Source: Pilimelia terevasa (lineage in GTDB: Bacteria; Actinomycetota; Actinomycetes; Mycobacteriales; Micromonosporaceae). Taken from it: a stretch of DNA of 32,000 nt. A model generated the notes under the pieces. It had not been told where the DNA came from. It saw nothing but the letters and a program-made list of their open reading frames with translations, and ran no database searches. Shown piece after piece: positions 1 through 9,502 of this stretch (positions are counted from its first letter, which is position 1; each line of letters begins with the position of its first letter). The stretch spans positions 315,800 to 347,799 of the forward strand of contig NZ_BMQC01000003.1 in assembly GCF_014647915.1 (NCBI RefSeq), written 5' to 3'. The position numbers were made by a program, and so were the translations under genes.

Positions 1-261
1 ACAGGCCGGAACTGGACAGGGCATCCGATCTTCCGGCGCCGCCGGTACACAAAAACAACTGGCGAAGAATGGGATCATCGTCTACATCGGACAGACAATT
101 CTGATACTCCCGGACATCCGTTCCGGGCCGCCGGCCGCGGGGTCGGCGACCGGGGCCGGGAAGTCGGCGGCGCGGCAGGCATGGACGGCCGACCTACGCG
201 TGGGTAGCGTGGCGGTCGGCGAGTGGATGGCAGGCCCGCGTGCCCTGGGCGCGGGGTGAGG

Positions 262-1482
262 ATGGGGGACCCCGTGACCGATGTGACCACACAGTCGACA
301 CCCGTTTTTCCGCTGCCGCGCACCTGTCCGTTCGCCCCGCCCGCCGAGTACGACCGGCTGCGCGCGACGGAGCCGGTCGCCCGGGTGCCGCTGCCCAACG
401 GCGACTGGGCGTGGGCGGTGAGCCGGCACGAGGACGTGCGGTCGGTGCTGACCGACTCCCGGTTCAGCTCCGACCGGACCAACCCGCTCTTCCCGCGCCT
501 GGTCAAGGGCGAGCGGGTGAGCACCGACGCCGCGCCCTCACTGATCAACATGGACCCGCCGGAGCACGGCCCGGCCCGCCGCGCGGTCGTCGGCGAGTTC
601 ACCGTCAAGCGGATGCAGGCCATGCGCCCGCGGATCCAGCAGATCGTGGACGGCTGCCTCGACGACCTGCTGGCCGCCCCGCGGCCGGCGGACCTGGTCC
701 GGCACGTGTCGCTGCCGGTCCCGTCGCTGGTCATCTGCGAGCTGCTCGGGGTCTCGTACGCCGACCACGACTTCTTCCAGAGCCGGACCAGCCTGATGAT
801 CGCCCGCGCCACCCCGCACGAGGAGCGGATGCAGGCGTTCGGCGAGCTGAACGACTTCCTCGGCACGCTGGTCACCGCGAAGGAGGCGGCGCCGGGCGAC
901 GACCTGCTCGGCCGCCAGATCCTGCGGCAGCGGGAGACCGGCGAGGTGGACCACGCGGGGCTGGTCAGCCTCGCGTTCCTGCTGCTGGTGGCCGGGCACG
1001 AGACCACCGCCAACATGATCTCCCTCGGCACGGTCCTGCTGCTGGAGAACCCCGGGCAGCTCGACCGGCTGCGCCGCGACCCGGAGCGGACGCTGCCCGC
1101 GGTGGAGGAGCTGCTGCGGTACTGCACCATCGCCGACCTCGCCACCTCGCGGGTCGCGGTCGCCGACGTCGAGGTCGGCGGGGTGCTCATCCGGGCCGGC
1201 GAGGGCGTGCTCGCGCTGGGCAACGCCGCCAACCGCGACCCGGAGGTGTTCGCCGAGCCGCACGAGTTCGACATCGACCGCGGCGCCCGGCACCACGTCG
1301 CCTTCGGGTACGGGATCCACCAGTGCCTCGGCCAGAACCTGGCCCGGCTGGAGCTGCAGGTCGTCTTCGACACGCTGTTCCGCCGGTTCCCCGGGCTGCG
1401 GCTGGCGGTGCCGATGGCGGAGCTGCCGTTCAAGGACGACGCGTTCGTCTACGGCCTGCACGAGGTGCCGGTCACGTGGTGA
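262..1482 (+). CDS. cytochrome P450 (bacterial class I, CYP105/107-like)
   Basis: I-helix LLLVAGHETTAN, K-helix VEELLRY, heme loop FGYGIHQCLGQNLARLE. ORF opens at 223; ATG at 262 (MGDPV) or GTG at 274 are more likely starts. Confidence 0.95.
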   Translation: MGDPVTDVTTQSTPVFPLPRTCPFAPPAEYDRLRATEPVARVPLPNGDWAWAVSRHEDVRSVLTDSRFSSDRTNPLFPRLVKGERVSTDAAPSLINMDPPEHGPARRAVVGEFTVKRMQAMRPRIQQIVDGCLDDLLAAPRPADLVRHVSLPVPSLVICELLGVSYADHDFFQSRTSLMIARATPHEERMQAFGELNDFLGTLVTAKEAAPGDDLLGRQILRQRETGEVDHAGLVSLAFLLLVAGHETTANMISLGTVLLLENPGQLDRLRRDPERTLPAVEELLRYCTIADLATSRVAVADVEVGGVLIRAGEGVLALGNAANRDPEVFAEPHEFDIDRGARHHVAFGYGIHQCLGQNLARLELQVVFDTLFRRFPGLRLAVPMAELPFKDDAFVYGLHEVPVTW

Positions 1483-1709
1483 GCGCGGGCGGGGTGGCCA
1501 TGCGACTCGTCGCCGACGTGACCCGCTGCGTCGGCGCGGGCCAGTGCGTGCTGACCGACGCCGCGATGTTCGACCAGGACGACGCCGACGGGACGGTCGT
1601 CCTGCGGGTCGACACGGTGCCGGCGGCGGCGCAGGCGGCCGCGGCGGAGGCGGTCGCGCTCTGCCCCGGCCAGGCCCTCGCGCTCGTCCCGGAGGAGCGC
1701 GCACCTTAA
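1479..1709 (+). CDS. 3Fe-4S ferredoxin, P450 partner
   Basis: RLVADVTRCVGAGQCVLTDAAMFDQDDADGTV...ALCPGQAL, cysteine pattern C-x5-C...CP. GTG at 1479 overlaps the P450 stop (GTGA); ATG 1500 is an alternative start. Confidence 0.9.
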   Translation: MSAGGVAMRLVADVTRCVGAGQCVLTDAAMFDQDDADGTVVLRVDTVPAAAQAAAAEAVALCPGQALALVPEERAP

Positions 1710-1738
1710 GGGAGCGTGAGGTCGCGGCGGAAGGACGG

Positions 1739-1752
1739 GGGACTTTCGCCCC
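1739..1752. promoter_or_regulatory. possible DevR/DosR-box-like site upstream of the devR-like gene
   Basis: GGGACTTTCGCCCC against the known core GGGACTWWAGTCCC: 12 of 14 positions agree by eye, with one intact half site. Confidence 0.3.
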
Positions 1753-1788
1753 TGCCCGGACTGACCGATTTAGAGTAAAAAGGTCCTT

Positions 1789-2477
<689 letters not shown>

Positions 2478-2502
<25 letters not shown>

Positions 2503-3272
2503 TTCGAGAAGTTGAAGTCCGTGTTGTCGCCGCGCAGGCCCACCCGGCCGGGCTTGGTGATCGGCGCGCAGCCGGTGCCCTTGTCGGTGATCGAGAAGAC
2601 CGGCACGTCGGCGCGGTTGACCCCGATCGTGACCGAGCCGTCCTTGTTGTTCTGGACGTTGGCGGAGTACCACTTCCACTGGCCCGGGGTGGGCTTGTAC
2701 TTCACCGCGCCGGTGCCGAGGGTGTAGTAGGTGCCGCCGTTGGAGGGGCCGCCGGGGCACTTCTTCTTGGCGACGATCGCGCCGTCGCGGCGGGCGACCG
2801 AGACGTAGTACAGCGACGCCTCGTGCTGGTAGCGCAGGAAGATGTGCAGGCCGTCCCAGTCCACGACGGGGGTGCTGCGGGTGGCGGTCTGGCTGTTGAT
2901 CAGGAGCTTCATCCGCACCTGGACGTCGCCGAAGTCGGCGCGCTTGGTGGTGAGGCGGAAGATCGCCGAGTTGGTGCCGGGGTTGGAGTCGCCGTCGGGG
3001 ACCCGGTCGTTGACCGGACCGCTCCAGTAGGCCGGGCCCTCCGCCGTGGGGCGGGTGAACAGCGAGCCGCTGTCCATCTGCCAGTCGGGGGACTGCACCG
3101 CGTCGCGCGCACCCTGGTTCCAGTACGCGTACTCGTTGGTGACGAGGCGCGTGTCCGCAGCCGGCGTCGGCGCGTAGAGCGTCGTGACGGCCGCGGCGGC
3201 CGGGGTCGGCATGACTGCTGCACCGAAGGCGAGGGCGGCGGTGACGGCGAGGGTCTTGATCCGGTGCTGCAT
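2478..3272 (-). CDS. secreted concanavalin A-like/jelly-roll family protein, possibly glycan-active
   Basis: Signal peptide MQHRIKTLAVTAALAFGAAVMPTPAAA; paralogous to the product of 3505..4332; motifs DWDGLHIFLRYQ, YYVSVARRDG, KKKCPGG, GLRGDNTDF. Confidence 0.75.
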
Positions 3273-3432
3273 CCTGCGGGACTCCCATGGTCGTGCGCCG
3301 AACGGTGGCGGTCGTCGGCGTCAACAGACCCATCGGCGGTGCCGCAGGACCGGACGAGTGGGGAAGGAGTGCAGCTCGGGTGCACGCCGGGTAGCGAACG
3401 CTAAATGAGAGATAAGGCTTTTAAAAGGTCTT

Positions 3433-3504
3433 ATGAGGTACAATGGGAGTTCTGTCATGTTTATCCCGTTTGTCACGGGAACCCCGCATCAACCAGAGGC
3501 GTAG
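3433..3504 (+). other. possible 23-codon leader ORF (MRYNGSSVMFIPFVTGTPHQPEA)
   Basis: ATG 3433 with SD-like AAAAGG just upstream; stop TAG 3502-3504 directly abuts ATG 3505 of the secreted protein. Confidence 0.3.
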
Positions 3505-4332
3505 ATGTCCCTTCCGCACTTCCCGCGCACAGCGCTGGCGACCGCGGCGCTGCTGGTCGGCACGCTTTCCGTACCGGCTCCGACGCCCGCCTCGGCGGCC
3601 CTCATCAATCTGCCGCTGTGGAGGTCCACCCCGTCGATCGACGAAGGTCTGGTAACCAACGAATTCGCCACGTACAACCCGCTGCTCTCGATCTCCCGGT
3701 ACTCCCCGGACTGGGTGATGAGCAGCGGATCGCTCTTTGCCGTCCACTCGCCGTACGGCCCCGCCTACTACAGCGGCCACGTGGACGACCGGGAGCCCGA
3801 CGCGCTGTCGGCCCGGAGCACCAACTCCGCCATCTTCCGCATGGTCAGCCGGCGCGACGACTTCCGCAACAACACCGTCCGGCTCAAGATCCGGGTCACG
3901 GACCAGCGCAGCACCCGGTCCACGCCCCGCTCGGACTGGGACGGCGTGCACCTGTGGCTGCGCCACCAGAGCGAGACGCACACCTACTACGCCAGCCTCG
4001 CCCGGCGCGACGGCCGCATGGTGATCAAGAAGAAGTGTCCCGGCGGCCGGATCAACGGCGGCCGGTACTACGAGCTGAGCGACGAGATCGACGGCTTCCC
4101 GATCTACGAGGACGAGTGGAAGCGGTTCACCGTCACCATCCGCAACAACTCCTCCGGCTCCGTCACCATCGGCGTGTACCGGCTGGACAAGCTCGTCCTG
4201 CGGGCGGTCGACGACGGGGTGGGCTGCGAGCCGATCACGTCGCCGGGCCAGGTCGGCATCCGCGGCGACAACACCGAGTTCGCGTTCGCCGACTTCGAGG
4301 TCGACCCCTGGGAGTCCGAACCGGGCGAGTGA
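3505..4332 (+). CDS. secreted concanavalin A-like/jelly-roll family protein, paralog of 2478..3272
   Basis: Signal peptide RTALATAALLVGTLSVPAPTPASA; conserved blocks VTNEFA, PDWVMSSGSLF, GPAYYSG, STNSAIFR, TRSTPRSDWDG, YYASLARRDG, KKKCPGG, VGIRGDNTEF; AGAGG upstream of ATG. Confidence 0.75.
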   Translation: MSLPHFPRTALATAALLVGTLSVPAPTPASAALINLPLWRSTPSIDEGLVTNEFATYNPLLSISRYSPDWVMSSGSLFAVHSPYGPAYYSGHVDDREPDALSARSTNSAIFRMVSRRDDFRNNTVRLKIRVTDQRSTRSTPRSDWDGVHLWLRHQSETHTYYASLARRDGRMVIKKKCPGGRINGGRYYELSDEIDGFPIYEDEWKRFTVTIRNNSSGSVTIGVYRLDKLVLRAVDDGVGCEPITSPGQVGIRGDNTEFAFADFEVDPWESEPGE

Positions 4333-4341
4333 GCCCGCACG

Positions 4342-4385
4342 CGACGAAGGAGGGGGTGGGCCGCGGCCCACCCCCTCCTTCGTCG
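4342..4385. terminator. bidirectional hairpin terminator candidate, perfect 22-bp arms
   Basis: CGACGAAGGAGGGGGTGGGCCG immediately followed by its exact reverse complement CGGCCCACCCCCTCCTTCGTCG, in the gap between convergent genes ending at 4332 (+) and 4395 (-). Confidence 0.8.
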
Positions 4386-4394
4386 TGCTCCCGG

Positions 4395-5165
4395 CTAGCG
4401 CAGCGCCGCGGTGCAGTAGCCGCGCGAACGCAGCCCCTCGATGATCGCCGGCAGCGCCTCGACGGTGTTCTGCGCGTCGGCCGTACCGTCGTGCAGCAGG
4501 ACCGACATGCCCGGCTGGGCGTTCTGCACCACCGCGTTGGCCAGGTCGGCCGGCCGGCGGCCGCGCCAGTCCTCGCTGTCGAACGTCCACGAGGACGGCC
4601 GCAGCCCCAGCTCGTTGGCGACGGTGTCGACGGTGCGCCCGCCGCTGCCGAACGGCGGCCGGACCAGCACCGGGGCGGGGGCCCCGGCGGCGGTGATGGC
4701 CTCCTGGGTGCGGACGAGCTGGTCCCGGACGACCGCGGCGTCGAGGTCCGCGAGGTGCGGGTGGTCCCAGCTGTGGTTACCGACGGTGTGCCCGTCGGCG
4801 ACCATCGCCCGCACCGTGGTCGCGTCGGCCCGCGCCTTCTCGCCGAGGACGAAGAAGGTCGCCTGCGCCTGGTACGCCCGCAGCACCGCCAGGACCGGGC
4901 CGGTGTACGGACCCGGGCCGTCGTCGAACGTCAGCGCCACCTGCCCGCGGGTGCACGGGTTGGCCAGGGCCGACGCGGGCGGGTCCAGCCGCGGGGTGGT
5001 GGCCGGCGAGGCCGCCGGTGCCGCGTCGACCGTGGTGGCCGGGCGGACCAGCAGGACCGCGGCCACCGCGAGCGCCGCGGCGGTCACCCCCAGCTCGGCG
5101 ACGGAGCGCACGACCGACCGGCGGGCCGGGCGGGTGTCGTTCTGGCGGCGGACCCGACGACTCAC
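4395..5165 (-). CDS. polysaccharide deacetylase (NodB/CE4)
   Basis: Canonical CE4 motifs LTFDDGPGP, NHSWDH, RPPFG, DSEDW, LLHDG; N-terminal TM segment; GTG start overlaps the upstream gene stop. Confidence 0.93.
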   Translation of the reverse strand: MSRRVRRQNDTRPARRSVVRSVAELGVTAAALAVAAVLLVRPATTVDAAPAASPATTPRLDPPASALANPCTRGQVALTFDDGPGPYTGPVLAVLRAYQAQATFFVLGEKARADATTVRAMVADGHTVGNHSWDHPHLADLDAAVVRDQLVRTQEAITAAGAPAPVLVRPPFGSGGRTVDTVANELGLRPSSWTFDSEDWRGRRPADLANAVVQNAQPGMSVLLHDGTADAQNTVEALPAIIEGLRSRGYCTAALR

Positions 5166-6523
5166 GCGGCGCCACCGACCTCGGCGAGGTGGTAGTCGTC
5201 CGTGATCACGGTGCCCAGGCCGGTCAGCGCGAGGCCGAAGCTGAGCGCCGTGGCGCCCGCCGGGACCGCGGGCGAGACCAGCTCGGCCATCGACCAGGTC
5301 TGGCCGTCGGCCCGCACCGGCCCGGTGCGCCAGTACTTCCACGCGCCCTCGGCGTCCTTGTAGTAGAGGACCATCCGCACGCTGGTGGTCGGACCCCAGG
5401 AGCCCTTGTGCCAGACCTGCGCCCGGTAGGTCCTGCCGGGGGTGACCTCCGGGGCGCACGCGGCCTCGGCCTGGTGCGTGATCAGCTTGCGGTCGCCGGA
5501 GGTGTAGCTGGTGACCTGGACCTGCTGGGCGTACGAGCCGGTGTGGCCGCCGGTGACCCGGGACCAGACGACCGAGTTGGTGCCGAAGCCGCCCTTCTGG
5601 AAGCAGCTCGGGGTGCTGACCGCGCCGACGGCCTCCAGGCTCGGGTTGACGACCAGGTTGCCGGGCTGCGTCGGCAGCTTGGGCCCGTTGACCCCGGGCT
5701 GGGCGTTGCCGCCGACGACCTCGTCGACGGTGCGCACGACGGTGCCGGAGCCCTTGCGCGCGTTCAGCCAGTCCAGGAACTGGCCGAACAGGGTCGGGCT
5801 GATGGTGTACGTGCCGCCGCACACGTTCGCGCAGACGTGGTGCAGGACGAGCTGGACCCAGCCGCCCCCGTCCTGCTCCGCGTTGGTGACGTAGGACTTG
5901 AGTTCGGCCAGCGTCGTGGTGTCCTTGATCGAGTCGCTGGCGCGCGTCATGAACGCGTTCTGCGCCGGCATCTTCTCCGACTTCGGGCACGTCGCGCACG
6001 TGTTCGGCGACACGATCCCGCCGACGGTGCGGGCGCTGTTGTAGCCGCACTTGGCCGCGACCGCCTGGGTGGTGCCGTCGGCGTCGCCGTACGGGTACGC
6101 CAGGCTCTTGACCTGGAAACCGCGCTGGATCAGGTTGACCCGGTCGTCGCAGATCTCGCGCTTCTGGTCGTCGGTCACCAGCGTCGGGAGGTCCACGTGG
6201 TCGGTGGTGTGGCCGCCGATCTCGTGGCCCTGCGCGACCAGGGCCTCCAGGTCGTCCTGGGAGAGGAAGCCGGCCGCGCCGACCCGCCCGGAGTTGACGT
6301 AGAAGGTGCCCTTCATGCCGCGCGCGTTCAGCAGCGGCGCCGCCTCGGTGAGGTGGTTCTTCACACCGTCGTCGAAGGTCAGCGACACCACGGTGGGCAT
6401 CGTCTCCTCCTGGGCGTACGAGCTGGCGCTCGCGATGAGCGCCACGCTCGCGGCGACCGCGATGGAGACCGGCCAGACGGCCTTTCGCAGTCGGGGGAAT
6501 TTTCGCATCAATGTCCCTGCCAT
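5162..6523 (-). CDS. secreted polysaccharide deacetylase with C-terminal carbohydrate-binding-like domain
   Basis: SLTFDDGVK, GGHTTDH, AYPYGDAD; signal/TM segment; C-terminal ~130 aa PSLE...CFQKGGFGTN...WHKGSW...TDDYHL resembles CBM4/9-type domains. Start likely MAGTLMRKF (6523), although the ORF opens at 6559. Confidence 0.88.
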   Translation of the reverse strand: MAGTLMRKFPRLRKAVWPVSIAVAASVALIASASSYAQEETMPTVVSLTFDDGVKNHLTEAAPLLNARGMKGTFYVNSGRVGAAGFLSQDDLEALVAQGHEIGGHTTDHVDLPTLVTDDQKREICDDRVNLIQRGFQVKSLAYPYGDADGTTQAVAAKCGYNSARTVGGIVSPNTCATCPKSEKMPAQNAFMTRASDSIKDTTTLAELKSYVTNAEQDGGGWVQLVLHHVCANVCGGTYTISPTLFGQFLDWLNARKGSGTVVRTVDEVVGGNAQPGVNGPKLPTQPGNLVVNPSLEAVGAVSTPSCFQKGGFGTNSVVWSRVTGGHTGSYAQQVQVTSYTSGDRKLITHQAEAACAPEVTPGRTYRAQVWHKGSWGPTTSVRMVLYYKDAEGAWKYWRTGPVRADGQTWSMAELVSPAVPAGATALSFGLALTGLGTVITDDYHLAEVGGAA

Positions 6524-6572
6524 CACTCGGGGCCGGAGGTGTCCGGCCGGCTCTCTCACTTGCTCCTCCCGG

Positions 6573-8081
6573 TCAGCCGGTGGTCACCCCCGTCATGCGG
6601 GCCCGGTTGAGCGAAAGCACACAGCCGCCGGTGGTCTCGGCGCCGAAGGCGACCCCGCCCGCGGCGAGGCGGTGGTCGACGGCCGCGGTCAGCGGCGCGC
6701 CCCCGGCCACCTGGACCCAGGCGCGGCGCCCCTGCACCCGCACCTGCACGGTCCGCCGGATGCCGGCCGGCACCGCGCGCTCGGCCAGGGTCCGCCGCGG
6801 GCCGTTGAGGATCTGCTGCCGGATGGCGACCCGCGCGTTGCCGAGGGCGACCTCCACGCGGCCGTAGTGGCCGGTGCCGGTGCCGGTCCGGACGCCGATC
6901 ACCGCGGTGCACCGCGGGTTGGTGCCGGAGACGTCGGCGGAGACGGTGTAGTCCAGCCAGCGGGTGGTGTTGACGTCCGGGTCCTCGCAGAGGCCGGAGC
7001 GGCGCGCGTCCAGGACGATGAGCTGCGGCGAGCGGCGGCAGCGCACCGGGTTCGTCGGGTCCGGCTGGAGGTCCAGGTCGGCCAGGTCCGCGGGCGGGGT
7101 GACCGGCTGGGCGCCGTAGATCAGCTCCATGAGGCGGCCGGCGCCGAGCGTCGTGCGCACGCCGATCCGCGGCAGGTGCCAGCGCGGCGACCGCGCGCGG
7201 ACCGCGTCGATGTGGCCGGTGGGCACTCCCTCGCCGAGGAACGCCAGGCCGTACCCGGCCTCGGCCAGCAGCTCGGGCAGCGCCTTGCGCAGCTCCGGCT
7301 GCTCGTCGTCCTGGCCGGCGTCGCCGAACGGGTAGGCGAAGGCCGCCGCCGGCCCGCCCAGGCGCTTCCTGAAGTACCCCTGGCTCGCGGCGAGGTCCGC
7401 GCGGACGCGGTCCTTCCACTCGTCCAGCGACTCGACCCGGCCGTCGCGCAGCTTCAGGTGCGACAGCCCCGGGCGCAGGTTGCCCGGTACCGGGACCATC
7501 GTGTCCAGCGCGTGGGTGCGCGCGCCGAACTCCCAGCGGCCCGTGTCGCGCAGGTCGCCGAGCTGGCGGTGGGACAGGTACTTCGACGGGGTGCCGGCGC
7601 TGACCAGGCGCCCGGTGGTGAGGAACGCCGCGGCCGTGAAGCCGTGCCGGGCCAGCATCGGGTCGGCGGTCGTCCAGTCGGTGATCGAGCCTCCGTCGAA
7701 GGTGATCAGGACCGCCCGCGGCGGCAGGTCGACCTGGCCGCCGTCCAGCATGGCCCGGACGTCGGCGAGCCGGACGCTGCGGTACCCCGCGCCGGCCAGC
7801 GCGGCCAGGTGCGCCGCGAAGGTGTCCCGGCTGATCGCGCTGGACTCCCGCGGCTTGTCGGTGATGCTGTGGTACGTCAGGACGGTCACGGTGTCCGGGA
7901 CGATCGGCACCGCGCGCGCCGGGGCCGCCGGCGCGGCCGACAGCGCCGCCAACTGCGGCGGGTCGAACGGCTTGCTCAGCTTCACCCAGGCGTCCACGGC
8001 CACGGCGAGGGTGACCACGGCCAGCCCCGCGGTCAGCACGCGGAACAGGCCGCCGACGACGTTGTTGTTGCGCTCAGACAT
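6573..8081 (-). CDS. polysaccharide deacetylase-fold (PgaB/IcaB-like) protein with altered metal site plus C-terminal beta-sandwich-like domain
   Basis: N-terminal TM; VPDTVTVLTYHSITD, RAVLITFDGG, WEFGARTHALD, AFAYPFGDAG; C-terminal ~150 aa WLDYTVSADV...YGRVEVALGNARVAIRQQ...VQVRVQGRRAWVQV. Confidence 0.85.
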   Translation of the reverse strand: MSERNNNVVGGLFRVLTAGLAVVTLAVAVDAWVKLSKPFDPPQLAALSAAPAAPARAVPIVPDTVTVLTYHSITDKPRESSAISRDTFAAHLAALAGAGYRSVRLADVRAMLDGGQVDLPPRAVLITFDGGSITDWTTADPMLARHGFTAAAFLTTGRLVSAGTPSKYLSHRQLGDLRDTGRWEFGARTHALDTMVPVPGNLRPGLSHLKLRDGRVESLDEWKDRVRADLAASQGYFRKRLGGPAAAFAYPFGDAGQDDEQPELRKALPELLAEAGYGLAFLGEGVPTGHIDAVRARSPRWHLPRIGVRTTLGAGRLMELIYGAQPVTPPADLADLDLQPDPTNPVRCRRSPQLIVLDARRSGLCEDPDVNTTRWLDYTVSADVSGTNPRCTAVIGVRTGTGTGHYGRVEVALGNARVAIRQQILNGPRRTLAERAVPAGIRRTVQVRVQGRRAWVQVAGGAPLTAAVDHRLAAGGVAFGAETTGGCVLSLNRARMTGVTTG

Positions 8082-9492
8082 GGCTCACCGCCCGGTGGGT
8101 GCTGGCCGGCCGCGGGGACGGCACGGAGGTCGGTACGGCGTCGCGGGTGCCCCACTTGCCGTCGCGGATGCGTAGGAGTGCCCAGAGAAGCTGCGGCGAG
8201 AAGGCGATGTAGAAGAACGCGCCGAGAAACGCGTACGGCCACAGCCCGTCGTTGCGCAGCGCCCGGTACAACAACGAGTAAGCCCCCGAAATGAGGTACA
8301 ACCCGACGAAGTACACGACCGGAAAACGCCCGTGCGTGAGCGGCTGGATGAGGCTGTACAGCAGCACCAGCGGGCTGAGCAGCCCGGCCAGCGTCTGCAC
8401 GGCGACCGCCGGCAGCGCCCGGGTGCGCGACCGCCAGATGTGCCCCAGCAGCAGCGGACCCTCCCGCGACCAGGACTTCTTCCAGCGAAGCTGCTGGCGG
8501 AAGAACTTGCCGTACTCCTCGGGCGCGTCGGTGTGGGCCTTGGCGCGCGAGTCGTACTTGGCGGTCCAGCCGGCCTTGAGGATCCGGTTGGTCAGCGCCC
8601 GGTCGTCCCCGTACGTGCACTCCACGCCCAGGAACCGCTGGTGCTCCCACTCCTCCAGCAGCGGCAGGACGGCCTCGCGGCGGTACGCGGCGAAGCAGCC
8701 CGAGCAGCAGGTGACCGCCCCGAGCACCGACTCGGCGCTCTTGAGGAGCTGGAACGAGATGTAGTACCGGGTGGCCTGCATCCGGGTCAGGGTGTTGGCG
8801 AACGCGTTGCGGACGAAGGTCAGGCCGGAGATCGCCCCGACCCGGCGGTCGTCGAAGCCCTGCACGAGGTGCCGGATCGCGTCGGGCTCCGGCATCGAGT
8901 CGGAGTCGACGAACACCAGGATCTCGGCCGTGGTGGCCCGGATCCCGGCCGCCATGGCGGCCCGCTTGCCCTGGTTGCTGCCCAGGTCGATGCAGCGGAC
9001 CGCCCCGGCGGGGTAGAGCTGCGCGGCGGCGTTCATCTGCTGCCACGTGTCGTCGGACGAGCCGTCGTTGACCACGACCAGCTCCAGCTTGTGGCCGGGG
9101 TAGTCGAGCTGGCGGCAGGAGTGGATCGTCCGCGCGACGGCCTCCCCCTCGTTGAACGCGGGCACCACGATCGCCACGGCGGGCTCCAGGCCGACGTTGC
9201 GCGGCGGCCGGTAGAACAGCGCCAGCCCGAAGCGGCTGAGCACGTACCCGGTGACGACGATCGTGTACCCGGCGGCGAACAGGTCGCCGCGCAGGTACGC
9301 GACCTTGACGCCGAGGTGCCAGGCGATCAGCGCGCAGATGCCGCCGACCGCCAGGAGCGCGGCGACGGCGACCGGGCCGGTGCGGTCCGGTCGCCCGTCG
9401 CCGCGGGCGCGCGGGGCGCCGAAGGGGAGGGATTCGGGGTGGGGGTCGCGGGCGACCGGAGTGGGCGGCCCGTCGGAGGAGCGTTGATACAC
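8074..9492 (-). CDS. processive family 2 glycosyltransferase (hyaluronan synthase/NodC/PgaC-type), membrane
   Basis: VVVNDGSSDDT, DSDS, GDDRALTNRIL, QQLRWKKSWSRE, flanking TM helices. Overlaps the downstream gene by 8 bp. Confidence 0.93.
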   Translation of the reverse strand: MYQRSSDGPPTPVARDPHPESLPFGAPRARGDGRPDRTGPVAVAALLAVGGICALIAWHLGVKVAYLRGDLFAAGYTIVVTGYVLSRFGLALFYRPPRNVGLEPAVAIVVPAFNEGEAVARTIHSCRQLDYPGHKLELVVVNDGSSDDTWQQMNAAAQLYPAGAVRCIDLGSNQGKRAAMAAGIRATTAEILVFVDSDSMPEPDAIRHLVQGFDDRRVGAISGLTFVRNAFANTLTRMQATRYYISFQLLKSAESVLGAVTCCSGCFAAYRREAVLPLLEEWEHQRFLGVECTYGDDRALTNRILKAGWTAKYDSRAKAHTDAPEEYGKFFRQQLRWKKSWSREGPLLLGHIWRSRTRALPAVAVQTLAGLLSPLVLLYSLIQPLTHGRFPVVYFVGLYLISGAYSLLYRALRNDGLWPYAFLGAFFYIAFSPQLLWALLRIRDGKWGTRDAVPTSVPSPRPASTHRAVSHV

Positions 9493-9502
9493 GGTGGCGC
9501 CC

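Noticed and set aside
4395-6050. Full 551-aa extent of the deacetylase ORF
   Set aside because: The N-terminal ~290 codons are out-of-frame sequence over the upstream deacetylase gene. The real start is the GTG at 5165 overlapping the upstream stop.
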